Source: Nageia nagi (Eukaryota > Plantae > Pinophyta). From it: a DNA stretch of 64,000 bases. This document shows, piece by piece, positions 1-13,427 of the stretch. The notes below the pieces were generated by a model that made no database searches, was not told the origin of the DNA, and was given only the letters and a program-made list of their open reading frames with translations. Location of the stretch: NCBI GenBank assembly GCA_050084985.1, contig JBITNC010000002.1:20398001-20462000 (forward strand), given 5' to 3'. The position numbers and the translations under genes were made by a program. Every line of letters begins with the position of its first letter. Position 1 is the first letter of the stretch.

Positions 1-3000
1 GGGTCACTCTTAGTCTTAACCCAAGCTCCAGGAAGACAAATCTTATCTTTTTGGGACATGCACTCAAGCTAAGAGGTCACCTGATTTAAAGTCCAAGTGC
101 GAAAAGTGAAATTGAGTCAGTTTTGGACCTTGCGCATGCCATGAAAAGATAAAATCTTATCTTTTTTGGGCATGCACAAGGCTCAGGGAGGCATCGAGGA
201 TGGAATGAAGGCTTAAAAATAGTAACTTAGTGCATTTCAAGGTTGGTGCATGCCTCAAAAAGATAAAATCTTATCTTTTGGGAGCATGCACCTAAGTTAT
301 GAGGCTACTAGGATGGACTTGAGACCTAGAACGATGAAATGCACTCACCCAAGGGGTTGGGGCATGTCTCAAAAAGATAAAATCTTATCTTTTGGGATCA
401 TGCACCTAGCCTAGGAAGGCTTCCAAACAAGATGAAGTGAAAAAAATTGGCTAAGTCATGGAGCCTTGGAGCCCAGATCCCTCTCCAACATGATTAGAGG
501 GGCTAGTGCATGCCTTAAAAAGATAAATTCATGACTTTTGGGAGCATGCACCAAGCCTAGGAAAACACCAGGATAGAGTGAACTTGAAAATTTGGCTAAG
601 TACCAGGAGCAGAAGACCCAAAACGAAGTAAATCTAGCCACCTGCAACCTAGAGCATGTCTTAGGAAGATAGAATCTTGACTTTCTGGACCATGCACCTA
701 GACTAGAAGAGCCGAAGAAGTTGGAGGGAGTTTCAAAAAGAAAAAATCTAAGTTGGAGGAGTTTCAAAAAGATAAAATCTTATCTTTTAAAACCATGTGC
801 CCAGACTAGAAGAGTCGAAGAAGTTGGAGGGAGTTTCAAAAAGATAAAATCTTATCTTTTGAAACCATGCGCTTAGACTGGAAGAGCTGAAGAAGTTGGA
901 GGGAGTTTCAAAAAGATGAAATCTTATCTTTTGAAACCATGCACTCAGACTTGAAGAGCCAAGGAAGTTGAAGGGAGTTTCAAAAAGATAAAATCTTATC
1001 TTTTGAAACCATTCGCCCAAACTAGAAGAGTCGAAGAAGTTGGAGGGAGTTTCAAAAAGATAATATCTTATCTTTTGAAATAATGTGCCCAGACTGGAAG
1101 AGCTGAGGAAGTTGGAGAGAGTTTTAAAAAGATAAAATCTTATCTTTTGAAATCATATGCTAGTCTTGGAGGGGCCTCTAGGTTAGTCTGTTATGCAAAA
1201 TTGGCAAGCTAAGATGCTAGGATGAGCAAAAAACAAGCAAGTTTAGGTCACATCTAGCTCAAGAGAGAGTTAGGAGCACCATTTCAAAAAATAAAATCTT
1301 ATCTTTTGTAGCATGCTCCTAGCTTAGGAGAGAGTTGGGAGCATCATTTCAAAAGATAAAATCTTATATTTCTCTGGCATGCTCCAAGTTCAGGATATAT
1401 GCCTGAGATAGCCAAATTTCAAAGATAGCCCTAGAGACCCCATATCTGATCTTCGATGGTTAGGCATGGAAGTTTGAACACAAACACATCTCGAGGTTGA
1501 CCATTTGGATAATCAAGATCAATTCCTCTCATACTTAGTTGATTAGGGTTTCTTGGAGACTAAAATTTGCTTATAAACACCAACTCGAGGAGCTCATTAT
1601 TCCAAACTTAGATTATCTTACTCCTCATCCTTTGCACTAGAATCGTCAAACCAAACCCCAAGGCACCAAAGCAAGGAGGTGATATAAAGAGAAACATGAC
1701 CACTGGCAATACCTTGCTAAGAAAAAGGTACAATGTTGACATCACAGTCTTAATAAGATCATTGAATGAAGATCCCAAACTGAGAGCAAGAGATGAATCT
1801 ACAAACACTCACTATGTGAGTAGATTCATGTTCAAGGTGAACAACACACTTTCTGTCACCAAATTTGCCTTGAAAAAAGATTCGAAGGAGCCACAAGACT
1901 TGGAGGCTCATACTTTAAAGACTAAGATTGATGAAGTCAAAACCACTAGGGAAAAATGGATAAGGAATATCACCAAGCTGATGAAGGAGCTGAAAGAGGG
2001 GCAAGGGAAGATGAGCCTCGAAGGAGAGCCCACACCTTCCAATTGAGATTGTCTTCAAGATCAAGTAGCCATAGATAGACAAGAGGAACATCAACAAGCT
2101 AATAATAGGATCTTCAAGCTTGGTGTTGTAGAGACAAAGAAGGTGGATTAGTAGAAATAGACCTAAGAACCTTCAAGGTGGGATGTTGTAAACACAATAA
2201 TTAGTTTATTTTACATTTTTATTTATTGTAATTTTATTTTAAATTTGGATTCCAAAGACTTATTAAATTTTGTACAACCTTGTGATGGATGAGGATTTGG
2301 TCTCATAAGTGCTGGAATAAATCTTGTAATACCATGTGGAACTTTATCATTGGAACACATTTATTTTTCTTGAAACTTATGATCAGGGTTAGGGCAACAC
2401 TTTTGGTTGCTACAAAACTATTTATAGCCCATTTTGATTCATTTGTAAGGGGGATTGACACTTTAACAATTGAAAGGAACTTTTGCTTGCTAGACCAAAA
2501 ATTCTCTAAGTTGTTAAATATGGTGTATGTACGTGTAATTATGATGAAATGCTTCTCATTTTGTTATGCCAAATTCGAATGAATGATTGATAGTGCTGTC
2601 TTGTTTGTTCTATTACTACTTTGTGTTAATTTACATCATTTAGTGCATCCTGTAAATTCCGTGTGGAGTGGATAAGAGAGTGCTTTTATATTTTATGAAG
2701 TGGTTGATTAGCACATTGTTGGTGATATTTTATCATTTGTAATCTTAGGCTTGGATACTTCAAGATGTCTTGTTGATGTTGCTCATAGTAGGAACTTCAC
2801 CTGGATCATCGAGTGTTACCTTTATCCATTCTACTCCATCCTTGCCACAGCTTCATGCTTCTTCCACTAAACCATTCATGTTGTTGGCTAGCAAACTGGA
2901 TTGAGGGTGCATGGAACCTATGTCAAGACCCAACAAGTCGACCCATGAGGACCTTATCCTAAGCTTGTGAGTTCGCATGCTTGTAGTTGCATCCTACTAC

Positions 3001-3329
3001 CCATAAGTTTTTCCACCATCTTCTCTTTCTTTATTTTCTTTTATTTTACACTTTCTTTTCATAGTTTTTGCATCCTATTTCCCTTTCAACATTTTCCAAA
3101 AATAACTCCATCTAGCCACGAAGACAATCCAAGTTCTTGAATCCACACATGATATTCATGTTGGTGACAAATTTAAACATCTCAGCCATTCCTTGAGTTA
3201 TCTTCAATAAGTTGCGAAGTTAACCTTTGGGGTAACTAGTACCCATAGGAGGAGGGAGTAACGTCCTTTCACTTGAGGTGTTGGCATTTTTCTCAATGCT
3301 CTAGAGCAGGAAAGAAAAACACCCCAACA
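1..3329 (+). mobile_element. 3' portion of a long LTR (Gypsy-type, probably Tat/Ogre/Athila-like); 5' end outside the window
   Basis: Ends ...GGAAAGAAAAACACCCCAACA at 3329, a typical LTR CA terminus with no PBS after it. TATA-like TTATAAA at about 1571 lies downstream of a repeat-rich U3-like region. Lineage is inferred. Confidence 0.55.
31..1385. repeat. Array of about 14 palindromic repeats, core AAAAGATAA-AATC-TTATCTTTT
   Basis: Core copies at about 33, 144, 257, 371, 516, 665, 765, 838, 910, 982, 1054, 1126, 1285 and 1350. Spacing is about 113 bp with divergent spacers, then a regular 72 bp with near-identical spacers. Confidence 0.9.
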
Positions 3330-6300
3330 CCACTTAAATACTTAGTTAAATGGTCTATTTATGGAATAATGGCCTTATCGATTTATTTATTATAGTTAGT
3401 TAAGTGCTTAAAAATGCCAATAATGATGCATTAATGATACCAAGATAATTATATTTATAAATGTAATATTAGTCTTCCTAAATGAGGTGTTGTATATTTC
3501 TAGTCTTGATGAGTGTAATATTGGCATTTAGATGGTCTTTTTGTCATTAGTACTCCCCTCTTCAAGGTAGAGCACCCCCAATGTACTAACACAAACTATG
3601 AGACATCTAGAAAAGCTTCAAGCTTGTACATAACACTCTTGACGAGAAATTTGGCATTTTGAGGCACTAAAATACTTCCATAATTGGATGTTGGATATTT
3701 ATGGACAAACAAATTCACCTCCACATTAGAGTATTAGGCATTCCAAGGTCCCATGTCACCCCTCTTGGGTATTTGGAGCCATGACACTAATCATAAGGTG
3801 TTGGAATGTATAATGCATTATTGTAAATAGATGTATTAAATCTTCTATGTAAATTCGTTAATACTTAAAGGTATTATTTGATACCTTAAGTATTTTAATG
3901 AATATAATAATGTAACTTATCCTACACTCCAAGTTATGAGCATGCACCTTGGGTCAAAGGTGTGCATGTCATGCTTAGGTCATTCAAGGAGGGATTTTGG
4001 CCTATAAATAGAAGGCTTCCTCTTTGTAATGAGACACCAATTGAGGAGTAAAGATATGCTATAGGATAGAAGTGTAGGAGTTGAGATTAGAAGAATTGTA
4101 AAAGAGTTGTATTTGTGAGAGAAGTAAAGATCTAGTTAGTGGATGTACTCCTAGTTGGAGGAACCACTTTATATCTTGTGTTGTGAGATTATTTTGTGTA
4201 TTATTGGATGTAATTGTGAGCTTTCATGTGATCTTGGTAGTTTAGGAATTATAGTGTTAATATTAATTCTTTTAAATTGGTATCAGAGCTTGCTTGAAGG
4301 CCCCTCTTCATATCCTTGATATAAGGTTCTACATCTTCATCTTGGAGGTCTCATCTTCCACTTGAAGGCTCATACTCATTCTCTCCATTGCTTCTTATGA
4401 GGTAAACAAGTTGGAAGGTATAATCTCCTTTTTTTTGTTGATTTTGGATTACTATGATACTAACCATATGTTGTTAGTTTCTAAAGCCTTCTCTTTTGCA
4501 AATGTTTTTGGATCATGTGTGATCTTGAAAATTTGCTTATTATGACTTATATTGTTTATTATTACCATCTTTTGTGGTTATACTAACAATTTGTGTTAAT
4601 GTTAGTTTACCTCCAATAATGGTATAGTATTAACATCGTTTACTACCAATTTTTCTTATGAGCTTATTTATATTTACATTTAGTATATTTGTTAAGAGCC
4701 TTTTAAATTAATGTAGCATTAAACGAATTATAGAGTTGTCTTGTTTAACAAATAACTGGATATAGTTGGTAACTACAAACTTAAACAAAAGAGGAGGGAG
4801 CACTTTGTTTTACAACCATAATATCTTATTACCAACACTTCATTACGTACCATACTCAATTTAACAAATAATAAAAATAATACAAAATTCTATAGTAAAA
4901 TTCTAGTGATGCCCTCCACCTTCCTATCCACCACCGCTCTGGTTCCTTATCGATGTCATTCCATTCATAGTGTTACATGCACATTGACACCCAACTACCT
5001 ACACATCCTACCACTCTGAGGCCTATGCTCTTTCCTAGTTGGTATGATTGATGCCATGCACATCCTGGTTCAGCTATCCCTCCTCCTTCTCCACCACCTC
5101 TTTCCCGATTTGACATGCACACTCCTTCCTCAATTTATCTTTCTCTGTGTGCATAGGCTGTAAAGGGTGATTATTCCTAAGTCTCGCTGCACAGGTCATC
5201 CTACAATCTCTATATGATGTTTGTAGCATGCTACGCCTACTCATAGTTCTTCCTCATCATCAGACTAGAAATCATGCGCCTTGCCAGAAGTTTCTCATGG
5301 TATTAGATCCCCTTTACAATCATTGTATGCCATCATGGGGGCTTCAAAAGGTCGTAGACTCAACAAATCTTTGTTGCTATGCACCACCAAGTCATTGGAC
5401 CTATAATCTTGATTGCTCTCACATTGGCTAATCACTCCTCATGCTACGCGTGCCTCTTCTCCTCTTGATCCCGAGTGATATCCTTTGCCTCAAAACAATT
5501 AGGAAGAACAAACATAATCCTAAGAGTAGAAGCAAGGCCTATTGCCTGGTGACTTGGCATGGCTCTTGTAAATGCATTTCGCCCTCTTCCTCAACCCACG
5601 AGCATGGCACCAATACACCTCCCCTCTATCCTCACTCATAGTACATCCGCATGAACATGCTTTGGATTATTACAATCTCTCGATTTATCATGTGGCTTCT
5701 TCCCTTCAGCTCCTCGATTATGGTAGAAATGAGCTATGAGTACTTTTCCCCATTAACCATGTGTTGGGATGGCTAGGATTTTGGAAGAGTGCAAAATATT
5801 TCTTTGATGGAGAGCACAAAAAGCTTTGGGTGCTACATGAGATTGCATTATATGATTCCTCTATTGGCAGGACCATCCTCCTCTCCAACCCATCGTGCCA
5901 AGGCTTCAGTTATTCACCAACTTTTGACTCCTTATTCGACTACCCCTTCGAACTTGCCTGAGCAAACATTTGCACATGACTTTCCTACCACAGATTAGTC
6001 TTCACACTCTTCAATCGTTGCCTCCTTTGTTTCCATGACTACCTCACCAACCCCATCGACGTTGCCCTTTATTTTTGTGCCCCCTTCTTTTATTTTTTTG
6101 GACCATCGTGTTAAGGGGTTTTGTGTTTTTAAGTCAACAAAGGGGGCAAACATGAGTATTTGACCTAGCATTAGCCTTTATTTGTCTAGATGCTTCTTCT
6201 TCCTTTTTCTACTCATTTTTTTTCAAGGTTCTCATTTTCTAAGGGGGATCATCTTTTTATGGGGGAATATGTTCCTTAATGCCTTAAGGGGGAGTATTTT

Positions 6301-9300
6301 ATTGATTAATGCATTAAGGAGGAATATTTTATTCAAATGTTTAGATCCTCCTAACAAGTATTTTACTTAAAAGTTAGGTGATTTTTTTTTTTGTGAACTT
6401 AAACTTTAACTGCAATCCTTTTAAATCACCAATGCATGCTTAAGGTGGAGTTTTTTAATTAATGCATTAATGCATTAAGGAGGGATAGTTTATTTACATG
6501 TTTAGATGCTTAAAGACTTCAAGTCTAAAGTTTTTTGTTGCTCAAGGCTTAAGGAATTCAAATTTAAATTTTTTAAGTCAATAATGCATGCTTTACTTAA
6601 AAGGTTATTACTAAAAGCTCCAAACCTTAAAATATTTAAGTTAAATATTTTTAAGTCAATAATGCATGCTTTGGACTTAAAATTTTGGAGAAATCATACT
6701 TATAATTTTTATGCATGCTTATGACTTCAAAAATGCTTGATAATGCCTCTTCAATTTTAGTTCTTATGAAGCAACAATACATGCTTAATTTTTTAATGCA
6801 TACTTCTTTAAGTTAATGATGCATGCTTATACTTATGGGATTGATGAATGCCCTTATGCAAAATTAATGGACTTTATGCAAAATAAGAAATGATGTAACG
6901 ATGTCCTTTAGGGGTTGTGAACAAAATCCATTGGACACTTAGGTTTCAAGTTTTTTGAATGAATGATGTGTTTTACTTATGCTCTTTTATTTCATGTTTC
7001 ACATTTTTGATTTACTTGCTTATGCAACAAAAATGCAAACATTGATATGAGTAACCCTCTAAAATGAACACATCTGCATATACTTTCTACAACATGACTT
7101 GTTTGGGGAGCCATAAGGTGAGGACAGGTGGACTAGAGCCTTTAAGTCTGATGATCCAAGTGGTGAAAAGTTCATACTACTTAATTACCCTTAAATCCTC
7201 TATTGGTCTGGATTTAACTATAATAGGTGGATAGGTATGTGTGTAGTGATACCACATATCCATGTGTCCATTCAAGGATTATCTTGATAACTTAGAAGGA
7301 CAACTTGAAACCTAATCAAGATTAATAATTTTATCAATCTAATAAATATCAAAACCTTAAAAAATAGCTTGTACGTTTCCTTATGAGAGTATATTGCTGT
7401 CCAAGGGAATTGGTTTAGGATTGGTAGGACCTGGGCTCCTCTTATGTGGGCATCTGGATGAAGGCCTAATTTTAGACAAAACAACAAGCCTCAACAATGT
7501 CACTTTATATTCAATGGTGTTCATTTTTATACTATGCTTTAGTGATTTGTTCTACAAGCATAAGAGTTCGTTCATCCTTATTTACTAACATTATTATTTT
7601 GTTTTATGGGCATCATTATTTACAATATTGTTAAAATTACATTATTGTATTTGTAGCTTATTTTAAGAACTTGAAACTTCATCAAATAAATAATTTATTA
7701 TTTTTAAAAAGTTCCACTCACATGATTGAATGGACAGCTAAGTTAAGAAAAATCATGATCGAGAGAGTTGGAGTTAGAACTCTCAGGATTTGTAACAAGA
7801 GAACTAGGTACATGGAATAACATGTCATGAGTAATCAAGGCAAATTAACATTTGATATCAAAAAATGGGTAGTACACCCATTGATCCCCTTCTCATGTTA
7901 GTTGTGACACAAACGTAGACTCCTAATGAAAATCTTATCACCATACTGTAAATGCAATAGTATAAGGGTGACAATTCTCATGAGGATGCATCCTTGAAAG
8001 ACCTACAAAGTGTAGAAAATGGAAGACAAAAGGTGTCCATGAATAATATAAAACAATCTTCCATGTCCAATTTGGATGATAAATAAGTGTAAGTATGAGA
8101 TGCAACTGCTTAGCATCCTCCAAGTGATGGATGAAGCAAATGGCCCATTGATGAAGACTTCGATCTCTTTGTATGCGAACCAAGTTTTGGTGCATTGTAG
8201 TCTATAGCATAGTGTAAGCATGCTGTAAGAATCAACCTTGAATACGTCGATAAAGCATGTCTTGGGGAAGATCTGCACGTAGACCTTGGAAAATGGTCAT
8301 GTCCATGATGATCGACAAAGTGAGTCAGCTCTTTCTAAAGATTTCTTACACAAGTGAAAATGATGATGATCAATTAGAATATAATGAATTTATAGAATTT
8401 CAAACTAACTAGATCATCAATCACCAATAGGAACATCAAAATGGATCAAGTACAAGCATAATAAATAATGTGACATTATCATTTACTTTATTAAAATATT
8501 AGAAAAGATTTCCACTGACAAGCCCAAGTGGATGGCACTTATGGCTTAATTAATGCTAATCTGGTACATAATCATCAGAATCCAAAGAACTAGCATCATC
8601 TTCAGATATGCTAGAGTCATATGTGTCCAATCTCAATAGATATTGATGTGAAAGAGGTAGAAAGTAATAAGTAAATAAAAATCAATGGCATAAAATACGA
8701 TATTCACCTCACCAAGAAATACGAAAAGAGTACATGGATGACCATTGAAGCCCATGATGCCAAATTATCCATGCAATACTGAATGGTTCAAAAGACTCTT
8801 ATGGATGTAGGCATGGCGATCCAATGTAGCATACAAATTGCAACAGATAACGATTGAACGGAGTATAAACCATTATACACCATGATCAATCAGGCCTACT
8901 AAGCAAATGAAATAATTAGACATAATCCTCATGATTGAGTTGAAGAATCATGCAAATCCCATAATGATCTTCTAGGTACAATTACAAAAAAACTAATCGT
9001 TGTTGCAATAACACCTCAAATGCAATCAATGCATAATTTTCTAAAGTTGCATGAATACTATGATGCACTATGTTATCCTAAAGATCGCTCAATAGGGCTT
9101 GAAATTGAGAGACATCCATGATGGATACTAGCTCAAATCATAAATGCAAAGTGTTGAATGATAAGCTTGAGTCATTTATGACTATTTATAATGTATATGA
9201 TTTGACATATTCAAACTATAATAATGATGACAATTGGAGGAAAAGATTTGCAAAGATCAATATCTCACCTACCACTCACTTCATTGAGTGAAGTCATATG

Positions 9301-10309
9301 AATCATGTCATGTCAAGATGGTAATAATGATAATACCATTAAGCTGCATAATGATTAAGTCATCATGGTGCCATTTTTCTCTTGTGTTATTTTTCTCATT
9401 AAATTGGGTAGTTTATTCATGAACGATAGGTTGATCGTCATGACACCTATAGAGAATTTTGTTGCACACATGGGAAGTTTTTCTCTGAGTTCTGATACAT
9501 AAACAAATATATGGGTAGACTTAGAGAATGCCTACCTTCACCATGAATTGGCTGCCACAAAAGTCGAGATGGAAATAATGAGCCAACGTTATGATATGCT
9601 ACAACAAGAGAACGTTGTATGTATATAGTAATACCATGAACTCTTGGCTGAGCATAATAAACTACTAGCTGAAGAAAATACATGGCAATTACAAGCCAAA
9701 GAGGTTGAGATACACCTTAAGGGCAATGCAAACTATAACCACTATGGAATGCAATAATTAAAGGAAAAGTGGAAACATCTCAACCTTCGACACTTTGGTA
9801 TTCACATTCCAGAGGACATAGCATCTCAACCTTCTATGGGTCCTATCGCAGTTGACCTATAATCTTATTAATTAGCCACTTTAATATGGAATGGACATTC
9901 CTACACCAAAATCATGTATCCTCTATTCACTAAGCCCCATTTTGAAGAAGGGTTGGTGACATATCCCTTCAGGGGGAGTATTGTTTGAATTCTTTAGTGG
10001 CTATTGTAATATGTATATGTAGACTTGTTCAAATCCAAGCAAGCTCTTGATGAAACACCTACAACTCTGTTCATCAACATTTTGTTGTTACTTCCATGTT
10101 GGGAAGGTGGATCCATTTTTGGATGGATTATATTACATTACTAAATCCAAGTCTATTTTATTGGTGGCATTATTACATGCATCTTTTGATTTTTTTGTAC
10201 ACATTCTTGGTAAGTTCGCTCTACATGAGGAACTTGTTGTACAACTTAGCCACTCTCTAAATCTAAGTTTCTTTTATTGATGCAATTGTTACATGTATCT
10301 TTTGTTGAT

Positions 10310-10975
10310 GGCCTTGTGCTGTATAGTGTTGATTTTATTGTACACCTTCATGGTAAGTTCGCTCTGTGTGAGGAACTTATTGTACAAATAGAGTTGATTT
10401 TGTTGTACACCTTTGTGGTAAGTTCACTCTGTGTGAGGAACTTGTTGGACAAATAGAGTTGATTTTGTTGCATACCTTCATGGTAAGTTTGCTCTGTGTA
10501 AGGAACTTATGGTACAAATAGAGTTGATTTTGTTGTACACCTTCATAGTAAGTTTGCTCTACATAAGAAACTTGGTGTACAAATTGGCCAATTTTGCATT
10601 GTTTAGTTATCCATATGTGAGGAATTCTTATGTGTCTATTGGCACTGTTCAGTTATCCATATGTGAGGAACTCTTATGTGCATACTCTATTTGTGATAAT
10701 TTTTACACTGTTCAGTTATCCATATGTGAGAAACTCTTATGTGTCTTTTGGCACTGTTCAATTATTCATATGTGAGGAACTCTTATGTGTATACTCTATT
10801 TGTGAATATTTTTGCACTGTTTAGTTATCCATATGTGAGGAATTATGTGCATACTCTATTTGTGATCATTTTTGCACTGTTCAGTTATCCATATAAGAGG
10901 AACTCTTATGTGTCATTTGGCAATGTTCAATTATTTACATGTGAGGAACTCTTATGTGTATGCTCTATTTTGTAA
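10310..10975. repeat. Tandem repeats in the Copia 3' internal region (65-bp unit, then 45-63-bp units) sharing the core TGTGAGGAACT
   Basis: GTTGATTTT recurs at 10328, 10393, 10458 and 10523. The CACTGTTCAGTTATCCATATGTGAGGAACTCTTATGTG-like unit recurs across 10595-10965. Confidence 0.9.
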
Positions 10976-11009
10976 TGATAATCAACACATATTTTATATA
11001 CAGTAGGTG

Positions 11010-11195
11010 ACTATAAGTATTGGCTTGGCAGCCTCTAAGATGACTTATAGTGCACTATCAAATCCACGTATTTTTTGTTGACTATAAGTATTGGCTTGGC
11101 ATCTTCGTGATGACTTATAGTGCAACATAACTCCAAGTCTCTATTGCTGAATATAAGCATTGGCTTGGCATCTTCGTAATGGCTTATAGTGCACT
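11010..11195. repeat. Three hairpin-forming repeats ACTATAAGT...ACTTATAGT (about 70-bp period)
   Basis: Units at about 11010, 11080 and 11149, separated by dissimilar spacers. Confidence 0.8.
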
Positions 11196-13427
11196 TGTGG
11201 CCATATTTTGTTTTCTTCTTCCATGACGATGGAAGCTTGCTCCATGATAATGGATGCTTTACCTATGGTTGATGAAATTTGAATCATTTTGATTGATTCA
11301 TGCTACCAATTTCATCATTATCCTCTTAACTCGTAGCATGGTTAAGTTGGACTTCTCCTTGGCTCACTCTTGGTACAGTCAAGTGTATGGCACCTTGTGG
11401 CTTTATGCATCTTCCTGTGGTTCTTACGGTGGCATTTTGTGCCTTCTGCTATTTGTCACATGTATTTATTTGATGAAGTTATCATCAAGGGGGAGAACAT
11501 GTTCAATTGGTTATTGGTTGTATTATTGTGATGACACCTTGGTTGGTTGTTGGTTGTATTATTATGATGACACCTTAGTTGGTTGTATTGTGATAATGCC
11601 ACTCCTCATATAAAATAAATACACTAGTGCACAAGTGATACTTGATGATTTATGTCATCCTTTTTGGTGTGCATTTATGACAAATACACTAGTGCACAGG
11701 TGATAATGCATATGTCTTGATATATGCATAAGTGATACTTGATGATTTATGTCAACCTTATTGGTGTGCATTTATGATACTTTATTATGATCAGTGTATG
11801 GATAGTGCATCTATCCCTATTAATATGAATACGATGCATCTAATTGATCTTGTTATTTGAGCTGCTGATGACTTGTAGATTTCTTTGAGATTATAGGTTG
11901 TTGACCTCAAGTATGCAGGCTCTTCGAGACTCTTCAGATTTCCAATTGGATGACTACTTCATATACATTGAAACTAGTTGTAGTTAATGGTTGTATTTGG
12001 CAAAGTAGTGAGTTTCAAACTGGATCTTTCTTCTTTCACAAAATATAAAAAATTCTCATCTCTGTTGTATCTGTTTGGAGGAGAACTCTATTACTTTCTC
12101 TTCTTCTTCTCTTACACACTCTATCCCAATATTAAATTAAAGGGGAGTGTTGGAATGTATAATGCATTATTGTAAGTAGATGTATTAAATATTATATTTA
12201 AATTCACTAATACTCAAGAGTACTATTTGATACCTTAAGTATTTTAGTGAATATAATAATCTAACGTATCCTAAACTCCAAGTCATGAACATGCTCCTTA
12301 GGTTAAAGGTGTGCATGTCATGCTTAGATCATCCAAGGAGGGATTTTGGCCTATAAATAGAAGGCTCCCTTCTTGTAATGAGACACTAATTGAGGAGTAA
12401 AGATATGCTATAGGATAGAAGTGTAGGAGTTGAGATTAGGAAAATTGTAAGAGAGTTGTATTTGTGAGAGAAGTAAAGATCTAGTTAGTGGATGTACTCT
12501 TAATTGGAGGAACCATTTTATATCTTGTGTTGTGAGATTATTTTATGTATTATTGGATGTAATTGTGAGCTTTCATGTGATCTTGGTAGTTTAAGAATTA
12601 TAGTGTTAATATTAGTTCCTTCATAAGGCAGATCAACATCACCCCCATTTAGACATTGCATTTTTAGGTCTTTGGATGTGATTTCACTTATCCCAAGACT
12701 CTTAATCTTTGATATTGTCAACATGAGCACATAGATCACATCTCTCCACCATTAGATCATCTCATTGCAAGATTAAAAGAGAGACAACATCACTTATAAA
12801 AGAAGAACCCTTATATATTTTAAGATATGCTAATTAATGATTATAAACCCCTTTTATCGTATTGAGTGTGAGAACTATATCTTCATCACTTGTAGGGAAA
12901 CCTACATTTGAGGTCTTGAGGTGATAGAAGGTTAGCCTTCAACTTACTTTAATCATTTGGAGAGGATATTATCGGTTCCATCACAAAAGGAGTAAAGAAG
13001 TCTTGAACTTAACCTTGTTGTTACTATAATTGGTAAGGCCCTGGAGCCATCCAAAATAACCCTATTAAAGGTAGTGTTAGTGTAAGCTCCTTAGGTCAAA
13101 AATATATTTATGTAATTACGCTTTTGCCATTACTATATCAATATAATTACATTTTATGTCTACAATTTGCCATTTATCTCCTTGTACTTGGATATTGGAT
13201 TTAGAATGAATATTTCATTATCAAATTCTTGTTTCTATTTCCTTATTGCAACGTTTGGTATCTTTAAGCAATTATGGATTATTTAAGCTTAATTTCGATA
13301 TATCTAGTTAAACGTTGGGTTATTATGTGCATTATGAACTTTTTTTTGATAGTTTCAAAGAAAGAAGGTTAACATCCCTCTCCTAGGGCATGTTTGAGCA
13401 TGATCCCTCGATTTGGGATCATCACAT

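Larger units (their letters stand above)
3799..12623 (+). mobile_element. Full-length LTR retrotransposon (Ty1/Copia-like) with heavily decayed coding region
   Basis: Two 476-bp LTRs (3799-4274 and 12148-12623), both starting TGTTGGAATGTATAATGC. TSD TAAGG at 3794-3798 and 12624-12628. PBS TGGTATCAGAGC (tRNA-iMet) at 4278-4289. PPT AAAGGGGAG before 12148. Faint Copia RT/RNaseH-like remnants at about 9090-9980. Confidence 0.92.
3330..13427. mobile_element. Decayed LTR-like host sequence split by the Copia insertion (pieces 3330-3798 and 12629-13427)
   Basis: Flanks the TSD-bounded Copia element. Ends ...GGGATCATCACA at about 13427, immediately before an interrupted Copia pol tail. Confidence 0.4.

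Noticed and set aside
456-1020. Minus-strand ORFs over the palindrome array
   Set aside because: By-product of the 72-bp period (a multiple of 3); no protein-like features.
31-1385. True CRISPR array
   Set aside because: Eukaryotic TE context, no cas genes, irregular spacing, and the 72-bp block has near-identical spacers.
10509-10975. Repetitive ORFs (FSYPYVRNSY...)
   Set aside because: Translations of a non-coding tandem repeat.
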